Shown: positions 21,501 through 34,980 of the stretch, one piece after another
Layout: the number at the start of each line of letters is the position of its first letter
Position numbering within the stretch: position 1 is the first letter of the stretch
Assembly: GCA_964036045.1 (NCBI GenBank)
Contig: OZ038378.1
Span: 20,832,001-20,896,000 of the forward strand
Origin: Eutreptiella sp. 'Long Island Sound 2002'
Taxonomy: Eukaryota; Protista; Euglenida
Direction: 5' to 3'
Length of the DNA stretch: 64,000 nt
The notes under the pieces: generated by a model
Databases searched by the model: none
Told to the model about the DNA's origin: nothing
Seen by the model: the letters and a program-made list of their open reading frames with translations, nothing else
Position numbers and translations under genes: made by a program

Positions 21501-22500
21501 TATTACACATCTTAAACTCCAATCTTACAAACTACAATCTGACAGCTCTCTGCCCTTGGCACCCTCGCTGAATATTGTCTCTTCGCGTCTACAACATGCA
21601 GACAGTGTGTCCAACCAGCCGACCGTGTCCACTGGAAGCAAATAGTGCCTGCAGACTGCATCAACGGTCGAGCCATCCTACAGTTTGTCAGCGGGCTCAG
21701 ACCATAGGGTTTCAGCCCAGTTCTGGGTGTGAGCCAGGGGTCCTTAGGGGGAGGGGGGGGTCAAATTCTTTTTGTGTTTTGGGGCGTTTTTGAATTCCCC
21801 AGTTCATTCCGATCACTTGGAATACACATGTTGAAACTGGGGGTCAAATCCTATTCCCGGTTGCAATATAATCCGATCAGTAAATGAATCACTGACGCTG
21901 GTCATCTGGATCAGAGTCATCATTGGAAAAAATGCTCCACCCCAATGGCATAGACTGCAAGGTCTGGGGAGGGGGGGGGGAGTGAGGGCATTGTTGGGGT
22001 CTGGCCCTACATGTCAATGCCCTCCCCTGTGGCTCAGAGGCATTCTTTGCGACTTGCACGGGGCTTTTAAGCCAATAAACTACCCCCACATGAACTGCAC
22101 ATGCACTGGCAAAACATGGTGAGGCTTCAATTCAACGATGCGGCCCAAGAGCCCAAATATCCATAGCCCCGAGCCGTGTTTGGACAAAACATGAGAGGTC
22201 TGCAATACAGGGCACACCAACTGTGAAGTAAAAAGCAGCAGATTGTCAGTCCCTTCCGTCAACACAGCAACACAGCAACATGCCCTGGGGTACAAAAAAT
22301 GCCTTGTGTCCGATGCTGCACCGCATGATAGCGGCGTGGGGCTCATGGACCGGATTACGCCCTCCAGAGGTCCTCCAGAGGCACACGGTCAGGAAGGAGG
22401 TGTTGTGCACCTTTGCAGCACCGCAGGCCTGGGTCCAAAACGTTGCAGTGCCCCCCGTCCCCCGTCGACAGGGGCACGGGGAAGGCGGGAGGGAGGGGAC

Positions 22501-22572
22501 CTGAGTCCGGGACTGAAGGTTGGACTCGAGGCAGTACTGGACAATCAAATTGAGCACCGCTTGAGCGAAACC
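22501..22572 (-). CDS. Exon of unidentified host gene
   Basis: ttttgcag|GFAQAVLNLIVQYCLESNLQSRTQ|gtcccc; 72 nt, phase 0/0. Confidence 0.7.
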
Positions 22573-22694
22573 CTGCAAAAGGCAGTGCATTAAGAAAGAA
22601 AAAAAGGGGGTGGGCCATGCTGATGCGCACGCCATGGCATTTTACCAGACACACGTTGTACCGAATACGCATGTTGCCTGATACACATGGTCTT

Positions 22695-22985
22695 GGCCAA
22701 GATCTCAAACTGGTAATCCTGGACAAGAGCGCACAACTGATGTTAATGTTAAACTGGTGATCCTGGCCAAGATTGCACCAATGCTGTTAAGATCAAACTG
22801 GTGATCTTGGCAAAGAGTGCACTGGCATTCTTGGCGTCTTAAGATCAAACTGGTGTTCTTGCGTAAGGTCGCACGTCAGATGTTAAGATAAAATTGTGAT
22901 GGTGGCCTCTAAATGTCAAATCGGTTGACATCAAACTGGCGGTCTTGGGCAAGATCGCACCACCGATCTGAATGCCAAACTGGGT
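22695..22985. repeat. Degenerate ~45-bp minisatellite, about 6 copies
   Basis: Recurring AAGATCAAACTGGTGATCYTGGCCAAGA..GCAC. Confidence 0.8.
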
Positions 22986-24644
22986 CCATCCATGGGTGCC
23001 ATGCCCGGAATACAGGGTGCGACGAGGGGGGCGGACCCCTCCTCTGACAGGGGGCTACCCCGACAGGGGTCACATCGTGGGTGATGGTTGGGTGGGCCCT
23101 TCCCCTACTTGCTGGTACTGGTGATCCCTACTCCCTGGCCACCCGTTTGGAAACCAGGCACCGGGCCCACGAAGCTAGGCACAGCGTCCACCAGTCTGGG
23201 GAGGGGGCTGCCCCACACCATCATGGACCAAACCCCGGCCGCCACACCAACATGCGGCTGTCGGGGCGCCCCCCCCGTCTGGGGAGCCCCCCCCCCCCCC
23301 CCCTCGTTGAACCCTATATTCTGCGCATGGCGCCCATGGGGCCGTGCGCAGGCCCCTGGAGCATTCTCCCGGGCATGGCGCTCACAGAAAATGGGCACAG
23401 GCCCCTGGAACCCAGCACCGTGCCCACGGATGCCCCTCAGGCGGGGCAGGGGGCACCCCACACCACCCCACACCACCATGAACAAAACCCCGGCTGCCAT
23501 ACCAATACCCATGCTCTAATGCTCTAGGGGCCCTGCCCGGAATGCAGTGTTCGACAAGGGGTGTCCCCCTCCCCAGACTGGGGGGCAGCCTAATAGCCGC
23601 TTATTGGGATGGCAGCCGGGGCCGGTCCATGGGCCCCCTCCCCTGGGCCAGACACAGGGCCCCTGGAGCAGGCACTGTGCCCTCACCTTCACAGCCCCAG
23701 GAAGGCACACCGAATGGGAGAGAACCCCCGGCCATGGGCAGCAGGATGCCCCACAACCCCCCGAACTGCCACCACCCGGTGGTGCCTGTCCTGCCCCATT
23801 GGCTTCTCCGCTGTGGCTGGCGGGGGATGGGGCGTGTGGCTCCTGCGGTGCAGCCGCCCCTCAGGAGCCCGGAACTCCGCATCCGAAATGGGCTGTGGGC
23901 TCGTGGCAAGGCCACCAGGAACCCCTCCTCGGGCCGCCCCTATCCCCGACACGATAAGACTCGGGGTCAACCGGCGCTGGGAACTGGAAATCCCGCATGC
24001 ACATGCACATGCACATGCACATGCACATACACAATCAACATGATAAACAGGCACTGGCCGAAGCTCGGTCAAGGATTGTTAAAAACTGTCACGAGACGTT
24101 CACCGTTGTTGAGCACTGAGGGTTGTTGTTGAGGTGGAATCGTTGAGGAGTAATGCGGATTATTTAGGGTTGCTAAGGATTGTTCAAGATTGCATGATTG
24201 GTGTGAGGGTGGCAGACGTTTGTTGCCGGTGGTGGAGGGTCGTCGAGGGTTGTGTCGCTGTCGTTGAGGGTGATTGTGGGGTGGTGTGGGGTGTGGCACC
24301 CTCAACAACTCTCAAGAGCTCCTGCTTGGGGTGGCGTGTTGGGGTCAGAGAGTGCGGGATGTGCTGTCAGGGGACTGGTACCTGCGTTTGCTGCATGGGG
24401 TCGTCCCTTTGGCGCAGGTACCGTACAATTTGATAGGCCTCCTGCATGGCACCGCACCTGATGGACATGGGCGGAGGTTCAGGACCCCCACCGAAAGCCC
24501 TCTTATCACAGCAATGCACGATGCAAATGCGTGCAACATCGCTTTGCTTGGCACTGTTGCTTGCGGACCATCAACCCCCCCGCTCCAGCAAGGCTGCTAC
24601 CGCAGGGCGAATGGGTCCTGCACAAAGGCATCGGTACAAACCAG

Positions 24645-25060
24645 GGGCGGGAATTGCGGTCATGGGACGTCTATTCCAATTGCGATAAATTGCGGAGAAA
24701 TTGCGGGACAGTTGCGGCAAAATTGCGGAAAAAAGTTGCGATGTCGTCCGCAACCCTCCTCAAGCGTCACAGGACACCACTTCTGGACAGGTGGCCGACG
24801 GTGTTTCTTTGCATCGCACAACATGGCCCACTCGCATCACAACAGCAGGGGCCGACCCTCACTATGCGATTGTACAAACGTCTTGTGTTGATGAGACACA
24901 TGTTTTGCACAACTGCTACAGACCAAATAATCCTTGTTCCTGCCAGGAACGGTGACAGCAAAGGGCACCAACAAGCACACAAGATGGACCAGCCAGGAGC
25001 GATTGCGAAAAAATTGCGATAAATTGCAGGGAACTGCGAAAATTGCGGACCTCGATTCCC
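24645..25060 (+). repeat. Dispersed repeat with clustered AATTGCG motifs (two segments)
   Basis: AATTGCG/AGTTGCG clusters at 24650-24745 and 24995-25050. Confidence 0.6.
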
Positions 25061-26099
25061 CCCTCCCCCCTGCACACACTCTGATGGCCCATAATGCGCT
25101 CTTTGTAGATTACTGCCCCCCGCCCTCGGGCCCTCTTGCACGCAACACAACACGAACGAACCAATCCGGGGGTCGTTGCTTGCACCCCCTTGTGATCCCC
25201 TGGAACCCCATGACGGTGGCCAGAAGAGGGACCGCACTTGGGGCCCCAATACGGACCTTGGGACCTCCTACCTCATCACCAACGCTTTGCATGTCGAGCC
25301 CGGGCCGGGGCCTCTCCTTCGTAGAGAGCGATGGGATCCACAGCGATGGGGTCCATAGACCAACGCGCACAAGATCTTGTCCTGCCGGGATGCATCTGAT
25401 GACACTTCCCCCTTCCGCACATTGCCCGGCGTGCGGCACACAAAACGCCTTCGGAGTGGCCTGAACCGCAACCGCCAGGAAGTGAAGGAAGTGGGCTGCA
25501 GGACCCGTGCTGGACGGCCATGCCCCCCACCAAGCGTCTCATCGTGCTCAATGCCCCAAGGATGACCCCCCCCCCCCCCCGTCCCACGCGTTCACGCGAG
25601 CGTCCCTCGAAATCGCATCGGACTGGGTGCGGGCCTGCCGCGTGGTGGCGGCACGACCCCACATTGGCGGATGGCAGTAGAGACAGAGCCCAAGACGAAG
25701 GAATGAGGGCCTCGGCAGACCTGCACGCAATGTCCCCGAAGAGGAACGGGTTGAACTCCCAGAGGGCCTGGCGGTTGTTGGCGCAGAGGCAGAACGACTG
25801 CAGGACCGACAACTGCGCAGAGGAGGGGCACGGCACTTGAGGGACAGGGGGCGGCGGGTGGAGCAGCTCAGCCCCGCATGACACTGCGCCCCTGCCTTGG
25901 CCCAGGGCGTCCCCACGGGTCCTTCCGCGGGCTCTGCGGGACCATCGCGGAGGTGGATGCCCCTGCGGCTATTGGCCCCTTCGCCGGCCACGCCCCTCCG
26001 TTGCGAGCACGCCCCCCGTCTGATAGTGCGCCTTCGCCCCACGTGCCGTGGCCGCGCCTTTGCCAAAATGACTTGTGACGCATCGAACCCCCAAACTCG

Positions 26100-26430
26100 T
26101 GCTCAACATTGGCGCCGTCCGGTTGTTGTTTCTTTACGGGGCCCTGGACAGTCACCCGTTCTTCCCTTCGCATGTTGTGTCGGGTCGCTGCTTTCTGTCG
26201 GCCGCTGCGGCCGGTGCTCCCACTGGTGTCGTTTCCGCGTTCACGGAGCCCAGTCGTTGGTGTGCCGGGGCTGTGCTGTGTGGCATGGTGTGCCTTTTGC
26301 GCGTCAGTGGCACCCAGTATTTGGCGTATTGAGGATGTGCTGGTTGTTGTGGGGGTCGTTTGACTGTTTTGGCTGTCCACGCGCCTCTGTCCACAGGCCG
26401 TCCACCACCTGCCTCGCTGTGATTCCGTGT
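26100..26430 (+). repeat. Dispersed SINE-like repeat, copy 1
   Basis: About 185 bp align closely with 47885-48068 (TTTACGGGGCCCTRGACAGTCACCCG...CGGAGCCCAGTCGTTGGTGTG). Confidence 0.8.
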
Positions 26431-26853
26431 GCGTGAGGCCCAGGTGCCCTGCTCCTCCACGCGTTGTCCCGACCATCCACCATATGTCCCTTTCCCCCTC
26501 ACGGCTGGTCTGCCCCTGATGGGCTCCCGCTCCTGTTGCGCAAACAGCCCATCTGGGCTGCGGGAGACACCCCCCACCTGATGCCGGTTGAGCAGGGGTT
26601 GCCCTGGCACCCGGTAGCGACGGGGTTGGCTGGCCAGGCCATCCCCTTTGTTGTCGCTGCCTCCCATGCGCACGCTCCCCCATCCCCTCCATTCACCCTC
26701 CTTGTCTGCTGTGCTTGCCCTTGTCCCTCCTGGTGTGGCTCCCGCGTCCTGTGTGTCTGTGTTGCTCCTCCCCCTGTCTGTTGGCGCTCCTGGGTGCCCC
26801 CACTGGTAAAACCGGTCCTGATGCAACACGGCCGCCAGCTATCTGTCAAAACT

Positions 26854-26884
<31 letters not shown>

Positions 26885-28617
26885 CTCCCAAGGTGGGGGG
26901 CAGTTGGTTGGTGGGGGGGGTCGGCTGGAGGGTGTGTGTGTGTGGGGGGGGTTCGGCCGTGGGGGGGGCGGGGGTTTCCAAGGTGGGGGGGCTACGTGCG
27001 ACCCACTACTACCACATGCATACCTCCAGGGGGGATGTGTGTCTGGGGCGGGTTTGGGGAAGCTGCTGGTGGCTGTTGTGAAGCAGGGGCTGCAGATGGG
27101 CAGGTGTGTCCACAGATGGGCAGGTGTGTCCACAGTGGTTGTGGTGATCTTCACTTTGCAACAAACAACATTTGTCTAGCGCCTCACCTTGCTAATGTGG
27201 CGCTCAAAACATGGATGGTTTGATGAAAGGGAAGCATGCACAAAAAAACTTCAGCGCCGTTGGCGCCATGGCCCCGACACCACTATCTCTCAAAACCCGC
27301 GCGGGGGGGGTGTCGCATACAAGGACCGGGCTCGGCCGCCCCCCCCTGTGGGTGCCCCTTTTGCGCACCCACTCCTGTCCCACCTGCCTGCCCCCCCCCC
27401 CCCCCTTTGCCCAGGCCCCTGCGCAGTTTAGAGCCCCGTAGGAGGGGCCTCAGCAGCTTGTGTCTTTCCCAGAACCCAACCCTACCGCCCACTGCACACA
27501 CGGCGACTGGTAGCCAAACCGCGCACGCAAACAGACCCACACTCGCCCAGCGCGGACGTGTCCACACCTCTTCTTTGTCTCCGACTGGATCTGGTTCCTT
27601 CTGGGACGTCTGCAAAGCGACGCAGACGAAAGCCTCGGCGTTTGGAGCTTCAAGCGTTTGAGAAGGGGGGCTCAACCAGGTCAAGAATGGACAGCTTCAG
27701 GTTGGGGGGATTAGGGGCGGGGGTCCCAGAGGCTCATCCACCCACCCACATCCATAAACACACCCATAAACACACCCATAAACACACCTACAAACACACC
27801 CACAAACACTGCCACACGCACACGCACAGCCACATCCACAAACACACTCCAGCTTGACCCAAAATATGGTTCAGGAATAACAGGGATAACAGTCCCCTGG
27901 TGGTGGAAGTGATTCTCCTCCCCCCAGCCCGCCTCCTTTGTGTGCATCTCGGTGTCACTGCCCCTGTTTGTGTCCTGTGTCCGGTAGTTGTGCACTGTCT
28001 ACTGCCTTGCTGTACTTCATGTGCCTCTATATGTGCCCAGCCCTGGAGCGCCAGGTGGATGCAGCAACAAAAACGATCAGTAGAGCTTCATCAATGACAA
28101 GGCGCTCATGACACTTTCACTGCAACAGAGAACACGTACTGTGGGTGTGTAATGTTGCGTTTGTGGCCTAGATATTTTACGTCCTGCCCCTCATCGCACC
28201 GCAGGCGGTCACCAAATCAAAAAGACAACACCTACCACGACTGGCCCGTTGGAAGGTCGCGGACGACTATCTGACCGCTGTGGCGTCCAACAGCGGCCAG
28301 GGAGTAAACAACAGCGAGACTGGGAGGCCTGAAGAGCTATTGCAGAAGCGGTTACTGACGGTTGGAATTGCCGTTGGGACCGGACGGTAGCGGGGCTCCC
28401 CCCCCCCCCTTTCAACTACAGGCCATCCCTGGCCCCCTCTGATTGGCCAGTCCCTAAGATGAGCCGGAGCAGAATCAAAGAGGAACTTTATGCGTCCGTA
28501 CGGACCGCCCTGGTCTGTTGGGCGGGGGGGGGGGGGGTGGCGAACCGTGTACGCCGTGCTCACGGACCACCCACCCCTCGTTACCCTCACCCCCCAACAC
28601 CCTCCACGTCCACACAC

Positions 28618-28800
28618 CTTCTCGACGCTGTACAGCTGCAGTACGATGTTGTGGCGCAGGGCGTCCCACATGACATGCGGCGATGTGGAGCAGATCAGCG
28701 CATGCGTGACTGCAGACATTGTGCCCGAGGCCATGCACACATTCGCAACTCCGCGCAGGCGAAGAGCCGACGCAAAGACAATACACAATGGCAAGCAGAG
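28618..28800 (-). CDS. Exon of unidentified host gene
   Basis: LCLPLCIVFASALRLRGVANVCMASGTMSAVTHALICSTSPHVMWDALRHNIVLQLYSVEK followed by the donor gtgtgt. The 5' boundary is approximate. Confidence 0.7.
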
Positions 28801-30109
28801 TCTGGTCCTCCGTGGCACAGCACCTTCTCCCAGTGACAGAGGCAGTGCCCGTCACATGCACCCGATAGCACAGCAGCACCTTCGAATCCGGTAGCCTCGG
28901 GGCTCAAATCTAAACCCTCAAAGTGACCGGGCCACTGCTCCACCCCCACAACCCAACACCCAACCGCTTGACCGGTCCCCCTGTTTCGGGGCACAAAAAA
29001 GGCGCGCACATCGCACTCGTGGCACGCCGCCCCCGGGGGGCGGCCCAGGTCGCCGGACTCACGCACCGCTCCTAACCAAAAGGAGACTCATGATGTGTCA
29101 CTAGGCTGCACAAAGAGAACACAGAGAGAAGCAACGAAACGACAACGTCCACAACCCTACACAACACCCTCACTGTTTGGGGTGGAAAGAAATCTTCTGG
29201 GCCGCTTTGCGGCCCTAGTCAGACCAACCATGGTCTTGCCCGTCACACTGCAGGAACCGCTATTTTCGAAACCCAGGGGAAGGGGGGGGTCGCATACAAG
29301 GAATGGGCCCGGCTGCACCCCGCCCCCCTCCGGGGCACGCCGCATGGCCCTTTCTCAGCGTGAGGCCGTCCAATTGCGTGTGGCCGGCCCCGGTGTGCCC
29401 GCACTGAAATACATCGCACCTCAGCCTAGCGTTCCGGACGAGGGCAATGACGCCATCCTCGGACAGAGAAGATCCGCCCGGAGCCCAACCCCCCCCCCCC
29501 CCCCGCGTTGTCCACGAACGCCGATGGCGGTCGACTGTCATGGCGATGGACGTTAAACTCACGGCGGGTGACGCCCCACCGCCAGCAGGTGCTGGTGGGA
29601 ATGGGGGGGTCCCGTGGCGAAATTGCCCATGACGCCACTGGTCACACCACCACTCCCCCTGCCTTCGGGCATCACTCCACACCATCAACCTTTTACACCA
29701 CCTTCACAATCCACAGCGCCACCCTTCAGTACAACAGCCCTTGATAGCAGCACCACACCCTCAGCACCTCAACAACATCAACAGCTCCGAATATTCACCA
29801 ACAACCTGAACATCGTTCCCTTCAACAAAGCCCAAGGGCCCTTGCTTACCGTCCGAGGCCATTATCTCCGACCTTTCATCACCCTCCTAACCGTATGGCC
29901 ACAACTTTTACCACTCACTAATCCCCACCACCGACCTCCGTAACGCGACCCTACATGACTCCGCCTTGCGTGCACCCTTTGTCGACGTTCATGGGGTTGT
30001 GGGGGGGCTTCAATATTTCTGTTGAAGAGACCCGTCATCCACACATGTCAAGCCACACACATTGGGCAATACCTCTTCGGGGATCTGTATCCAACAACCA
30101 GAGCTGCCA

Positions 30110-30201
30110 CCCCAAGTCAAATGATGCATCCGACACATTGAAGAGCTGGAGGTACGTCGAGACAAGCGGGAGGCACTTTGCTTTGCACCCGTTCTTGGGG
30201 T
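30110..30201 (-). CDS. Probable exon of host gene
   Basis: cctgcag|DPKNGCKAKCLPLVSTYLQLFNVSDASFDLG; the 3' boundary is approximate. Confidence 0.5.
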
Positions 30202-31154
30202 CTGCAGGCAAACGGACCAGTCATGCGTCGGATCATCCGCGAATCCCGGCCCCGTCCTCCATCACAGCCCCAACCATAATGGGGCAGAGGCCCACCATGG
30301 CCTGTGCCCCACTACGGCCCCAGAATCCCACGGTGACCCTGGCAATGACCACCAGAAACCTTCAGCGGCAGGTGCACGTACTGTTGGGCCCAGTTGCGTT
30401 GGGCCTTGGGCTACTAAAGCTTGTCGTCGGGTCAGAGGCTCCGGTTCCGAGGGCGATCACCACCCAGAAGATGGTTTCCCAGGGCGGAGCGAGGTAGCGC
30501 GCAAACATGCGAGGGTACCAGCGCCCGGCGCGTCGCTCAACGTCGCCCACCCCTTACGGCCAAAGAAACAGCGACATTCTGGAGCTTGATGCAAACCAGT
30601 GGCTGCCAACCGCTTGTGGCCTACCACCCGCCATTGTCCGCTGAAACTTTTAGCCACGGCCCTGAGGAATGCCTGGAAATCGGCCGACAAAAGTCAGTGA
30701 CAGCACCTTTGCACATGTACCATCGCGAAGGCTTTCATGAAGGGATATGGCTGTGGCGTGTGACACACATCTTAGCCCCCAACTTAGCGACGGACGCTTG
30801 TGATGCATCATGAGACCCAATGCCCTTGTTCCAATCCCCCTTCATAATCCCCCAAGCTTCACCACGCTGGCTCAATACCAGTTCGATTGCTGGTTGTAGC
30901 ACTATGAACTCGTGCTTTTGCCTAGGGCCACATAAGCACTAACGAGCGCTCCCCGTGCCCCCGGCCTTCTCTTGACACCACAAACAACAGCGCGTCAGCA
31001 CAGGGCCTGGCGGCAAAAAGGCAGCCCGAAGCGCAGACGCTGGCGGGGGGGACTTTTCGGTCCAGGGATGGGGCCCAAGCCCTGTCTACCTTCCCATGGG
31101 CCTGACGTCCAGACCATGCCTGACACACGCACACATGATTACGTACAAACAGGC

Positions 31155-31156
<2 letters not shown>

Positions 31157-31249
<93 letters not shown>

Positions 31250-31525
31250 ACACACACGCACACGCACCCCCCCCCCCCCCCACAGACACACACTTAGTGC
31301 TTGGAACAAGGACCAACAGATACCCAGTGCGGACACAAATGCAGCGGGTGGCATGAATAGGCACTAGTACTAGCGTCCTGCATCATCATCAGAGGAGCCA
31401 CAATGTTGGCACTGAGAGAAGCAGGAGACTGAAAGAACAATGGTGATGTAGCACTGAAACTCACACTCACACTCACACTCACACTCACACTGACACTCAC
31501 ACAGGAGAGCGGCAGAAAAAGACTC

Positions 31526-31617
<92 letters not shown>

Positions 31618-31760
31618 CGAAATCCCCACTGCCCCCTGCAGGGTGGCAGTGTGGCACGGACATCAGCGTTACAGACTTAATTTAGAGTTCGGTATCAGGG
31701 CCCACCCGCCTGGCTTTTCCCGTGGTCACGAAGCCATTGCCTTCTGGTAACAGCGCCATC

Positions 31761-31801
<41 letters not shown>

Positions 31802-31860
31802 GTGCATGCACGCATACATACGCACACACACACACACACGCACGCACGCACGCATGCACG
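31157..31860. repeat. Cluster of (CA)n and (CACACT)n microsatellites
   Basis: (CA)n at 31157-31265, 31529-31613 and 31764-31855; (CACACT)n at about 31460-31500. Confidence 0.97.
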
Positions 31861-32286
31861 AAGCGCTGCGGGCACACCATATTTGCTCCCGCATCCAGGT
31901 TCACTGCACCGCCGCATGTGTAATATGTCGAACAGCAAATACACACTGAAGAGGTGGTGTATTGCGAGCTCCGCATGCTCTGCTGTACCCTGTGCCCCCC
32001 AAAGACTCAACAGGTCGTCGAAGGATGCAGGCGGGTACTGCAAAGACCCGGAAGGATCTTTTGTGGACGAATTGGGGTCATGGCAGAGATCCTGTGCGAA
32101 CATACAATACAGTAAGATAAAAGCACATACACACATAAACACACACACACACATGAATACACAAACTGTCGCGTGCGCACGTGTGCCCTGCTTGCCAAAT
32201 GAATACCTTAAGAATCCGAAAATGCCCAGGGTATCCTCAAGTGCCAACGTTTCAGAGTACTGCCCACTGCGTAGGCATCCCATTGT

Positions 32287-33177
32287 ATATCTCTCTGGGA
32301 CGGACAGGAAGGTGCCAACACGGAGCGTTTTCAGGGATCGCCGTCATTGTTGCCTCATTTGCGCCCACTGCGTGTCCCGTAAGGTGTGTGTGTGTGTGGG
32401 TATATTCAGAAACCCCTTGAAAAGGGCTATTCGGAACACCCTAGGTTTGCATGCTGTACTGACGGTATGTTTGAGATTTCTGTCCTTTTGGACGGCGCCT
32501 GTGTTGCTTGCTGCCTCTTTTTTTAATAGGCAGCCACCATGTCCGCTTACAAATTCACGGGATGCTGTTGCATCCCCAGATGCACCGCAAAAACCTTTGA
32601 TTCGCAAAAGCGCACGCAGACACCTGACCCTGAAAACCTTGAGGCCCATCCCGGTTTTGTCTGGGTGAAATCAGGGTACAATGAGGCCATTCCATGGCGC
32701 AAGGTCCAGCTCACCAAACAGCGAAATGTGGACCTCACTACTGACGGCCTATGGGCCATGCCCCTGAACACAGGGTGGGTGCCAGCGAAGGCACGCGGGC
32801 TGCAGGATTGGGAAAAATCGAAGAAGTATGTTCCCAGTCACAAGCAGGGGGATGTGTGCCCCAATGGAGTCCCAGCCCTTGTGGAAAGGGGCAACAATGA
32901 GAACGAATCCGATTCGGAATGATGAGTGATCCTAGGACCATTGCCTGTGCCCTGTGCTTCGTCCCATTTACAGCTCTGTGCCCAAAATTGTGACCATGTG
33001 CGCCCCCCCAACCCATACATTTCTGAAACGGCCTTTTCTCACAGATTTCAAAAAGCATACACATACCCCCCCCCCTATGGAACGAAATTTTAGTGCATTG
33101 AACCAAAACATGAGAAAACCCTGAAAAATTGCGAATTTGCTCCGTGTTGGCACCTAACGGATGTCCCAGAGAGATAT
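32287..33177. mobile_element. Inverted-repeat-flanked non-autonomous element enclosing a 127-codon ORF
   Basis: ATATCTCTCTGGGAC...AGGTGCCAACACGGAGC at 32287-32326 is the reverse complement of 33139-33177. ORF 32539-32922 (+) lies between them. Confidence 0.6.
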
Positions 33178-34479
33178 TGGTTCGGACATGCCACTGGTCT
33201 TTTAGCGGAGGACCTTTTTTTTTTCTCATAACCAGCACCTTCGAAATTGAGGTGGTTTCCAAAGTGGGTGGGTGGGGGGCGTTGCCATAAAAGATGAGTA
33301 AGTATGCCACTTGGTACTTCTGGACAGTGGGGGGTTTGGACGCCCCCAGTTTTTTACCTCAAGAACACAAATTCTTTTTTGTAAATTTTCCCATTTTGAG
33401 CGGAAATTTTTTTTGGATCTATGGGTCTTTCCCGCGTCAGTGCGGTTGCCCCACTGGGCAGGGAAGTGCTTTGCGCGCCCAGGGACTTCCAAACAGCATT
33501 TCACCCCCAGGCAGTGTCTAGACCCAGCCCAACTGCCAGTGACCGGGGATGGTCCCACCCGTGGCTGGCAGCACCCCCCCCCCCCCTCCGGGGCACAGTA
33601 GGAGAGGGTGCCAGTACGTCTGCTTGTCGGCTTGAGCTCATAGGTCCATGTCCGCACACTCCGATGGTGGCCCTAGCGTAGGGATGCGGAAGCCTCCTGC
33701 GCGCGCACATACATGGGTCTATTGCCTCCCAATGGGCCTTTCCCTCGCTTGTCACCCACTCCAACCATGTGGAGGTTGCCTGGTGCGGTGGGGGAAGGGG
33801 GGATGATGGGGCAGACGGAGAGCAAGAGGGGGGCGGAAGCACAGTACACAATGTTGAGGCATTGCACAAGAATAGCAAGAAAACAGATGTGACCTGTAGT
33901 GCAAAGGAGCAAATAAATGAAGGTAACCAATTTGAAAAAAAGCATTCAGCACATTGGGTTCCGCGTTGCTGGGCTCACAACTCCACACCCATCGTTGTCA
34001 GGGGCGATGGTCCCTTGGTATGCCTCCCCTTACTGAAGGAGGTTGGTGATTGCCAATCTTCGATCCCGCTGCCTTGCCACAAGCTCTACCTATGCTTGAG
34101 GGAGAGTGGTTTTTCTACAACCCGCAGTGACAAAATAAAAAAATAGTGCATTCATGAAATAGCGCGTGCAAAAACCTGTGCATCGCACGCACCACGCGTT
34201 CGTTTCTCTCTAGGCCTTCAGGCCAAGAACAACTGACTGAATCAAACAGAAACAGACGTGTCCAGATTTCATTTCAACAGACATAATGATGTGTAGAAGA
34301 TCGGCTCTGAAATAAGGCGACCACTGTCAAAGGGACAAGGAAACCTCGCCGCCACAGGTGCGCAACACACCACACACAGCACACGTTGAGACACACAGCC
34401 CTCCTGTTTTGCATTTTCCTGTGTGCAAGACATCCCAGCCATTGCCTTTTGGTATTAGCGCCTTCGGCACACTACATAA

Positions 34480-34980
34480 CACCACATCACACCACAACCA
34501 CACCAACATAACATGACACGAGACGACATAGCATAGCATAACATGAAATGGCAAAACATAACATAATACAATGTAATATACCATACCATAGCGTACCATA
34601 GCGTAGCATAGCATAGCATAGCATAGCATAGCATAGCATAGCATAGCATAGCATAGCATAGCATAGCATAGCATAGCATAGCATAGCATAGCATAGCATA
34701 GCATAGCATAGCATACCACACCACACCACACCACACCACACCACACCACACCACACCACACCACACCACACCACACCACACCACACCACACCACACCACA
34801 CCATACCATACCATACCATACCATACCATACCATACCATACCATACCATACCATACCATACCATACCATACCATACCATACCATACCATACCATACCATA
34901 CCATACCATACCATACCATACCATACCATAACGTAGCGTAGCATAACATAACATAATATTAATATAACATGACATGACAT
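34480..34980. repeat. Compound pentanucleotide microsatellite (GCATA)n-(CCACA)n-(CCATA)n
   Basis: Pure blocks at about 34604-34713, 34717-34801 and 34801-34929, with degenerate flanks. Confidence 0.97.
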
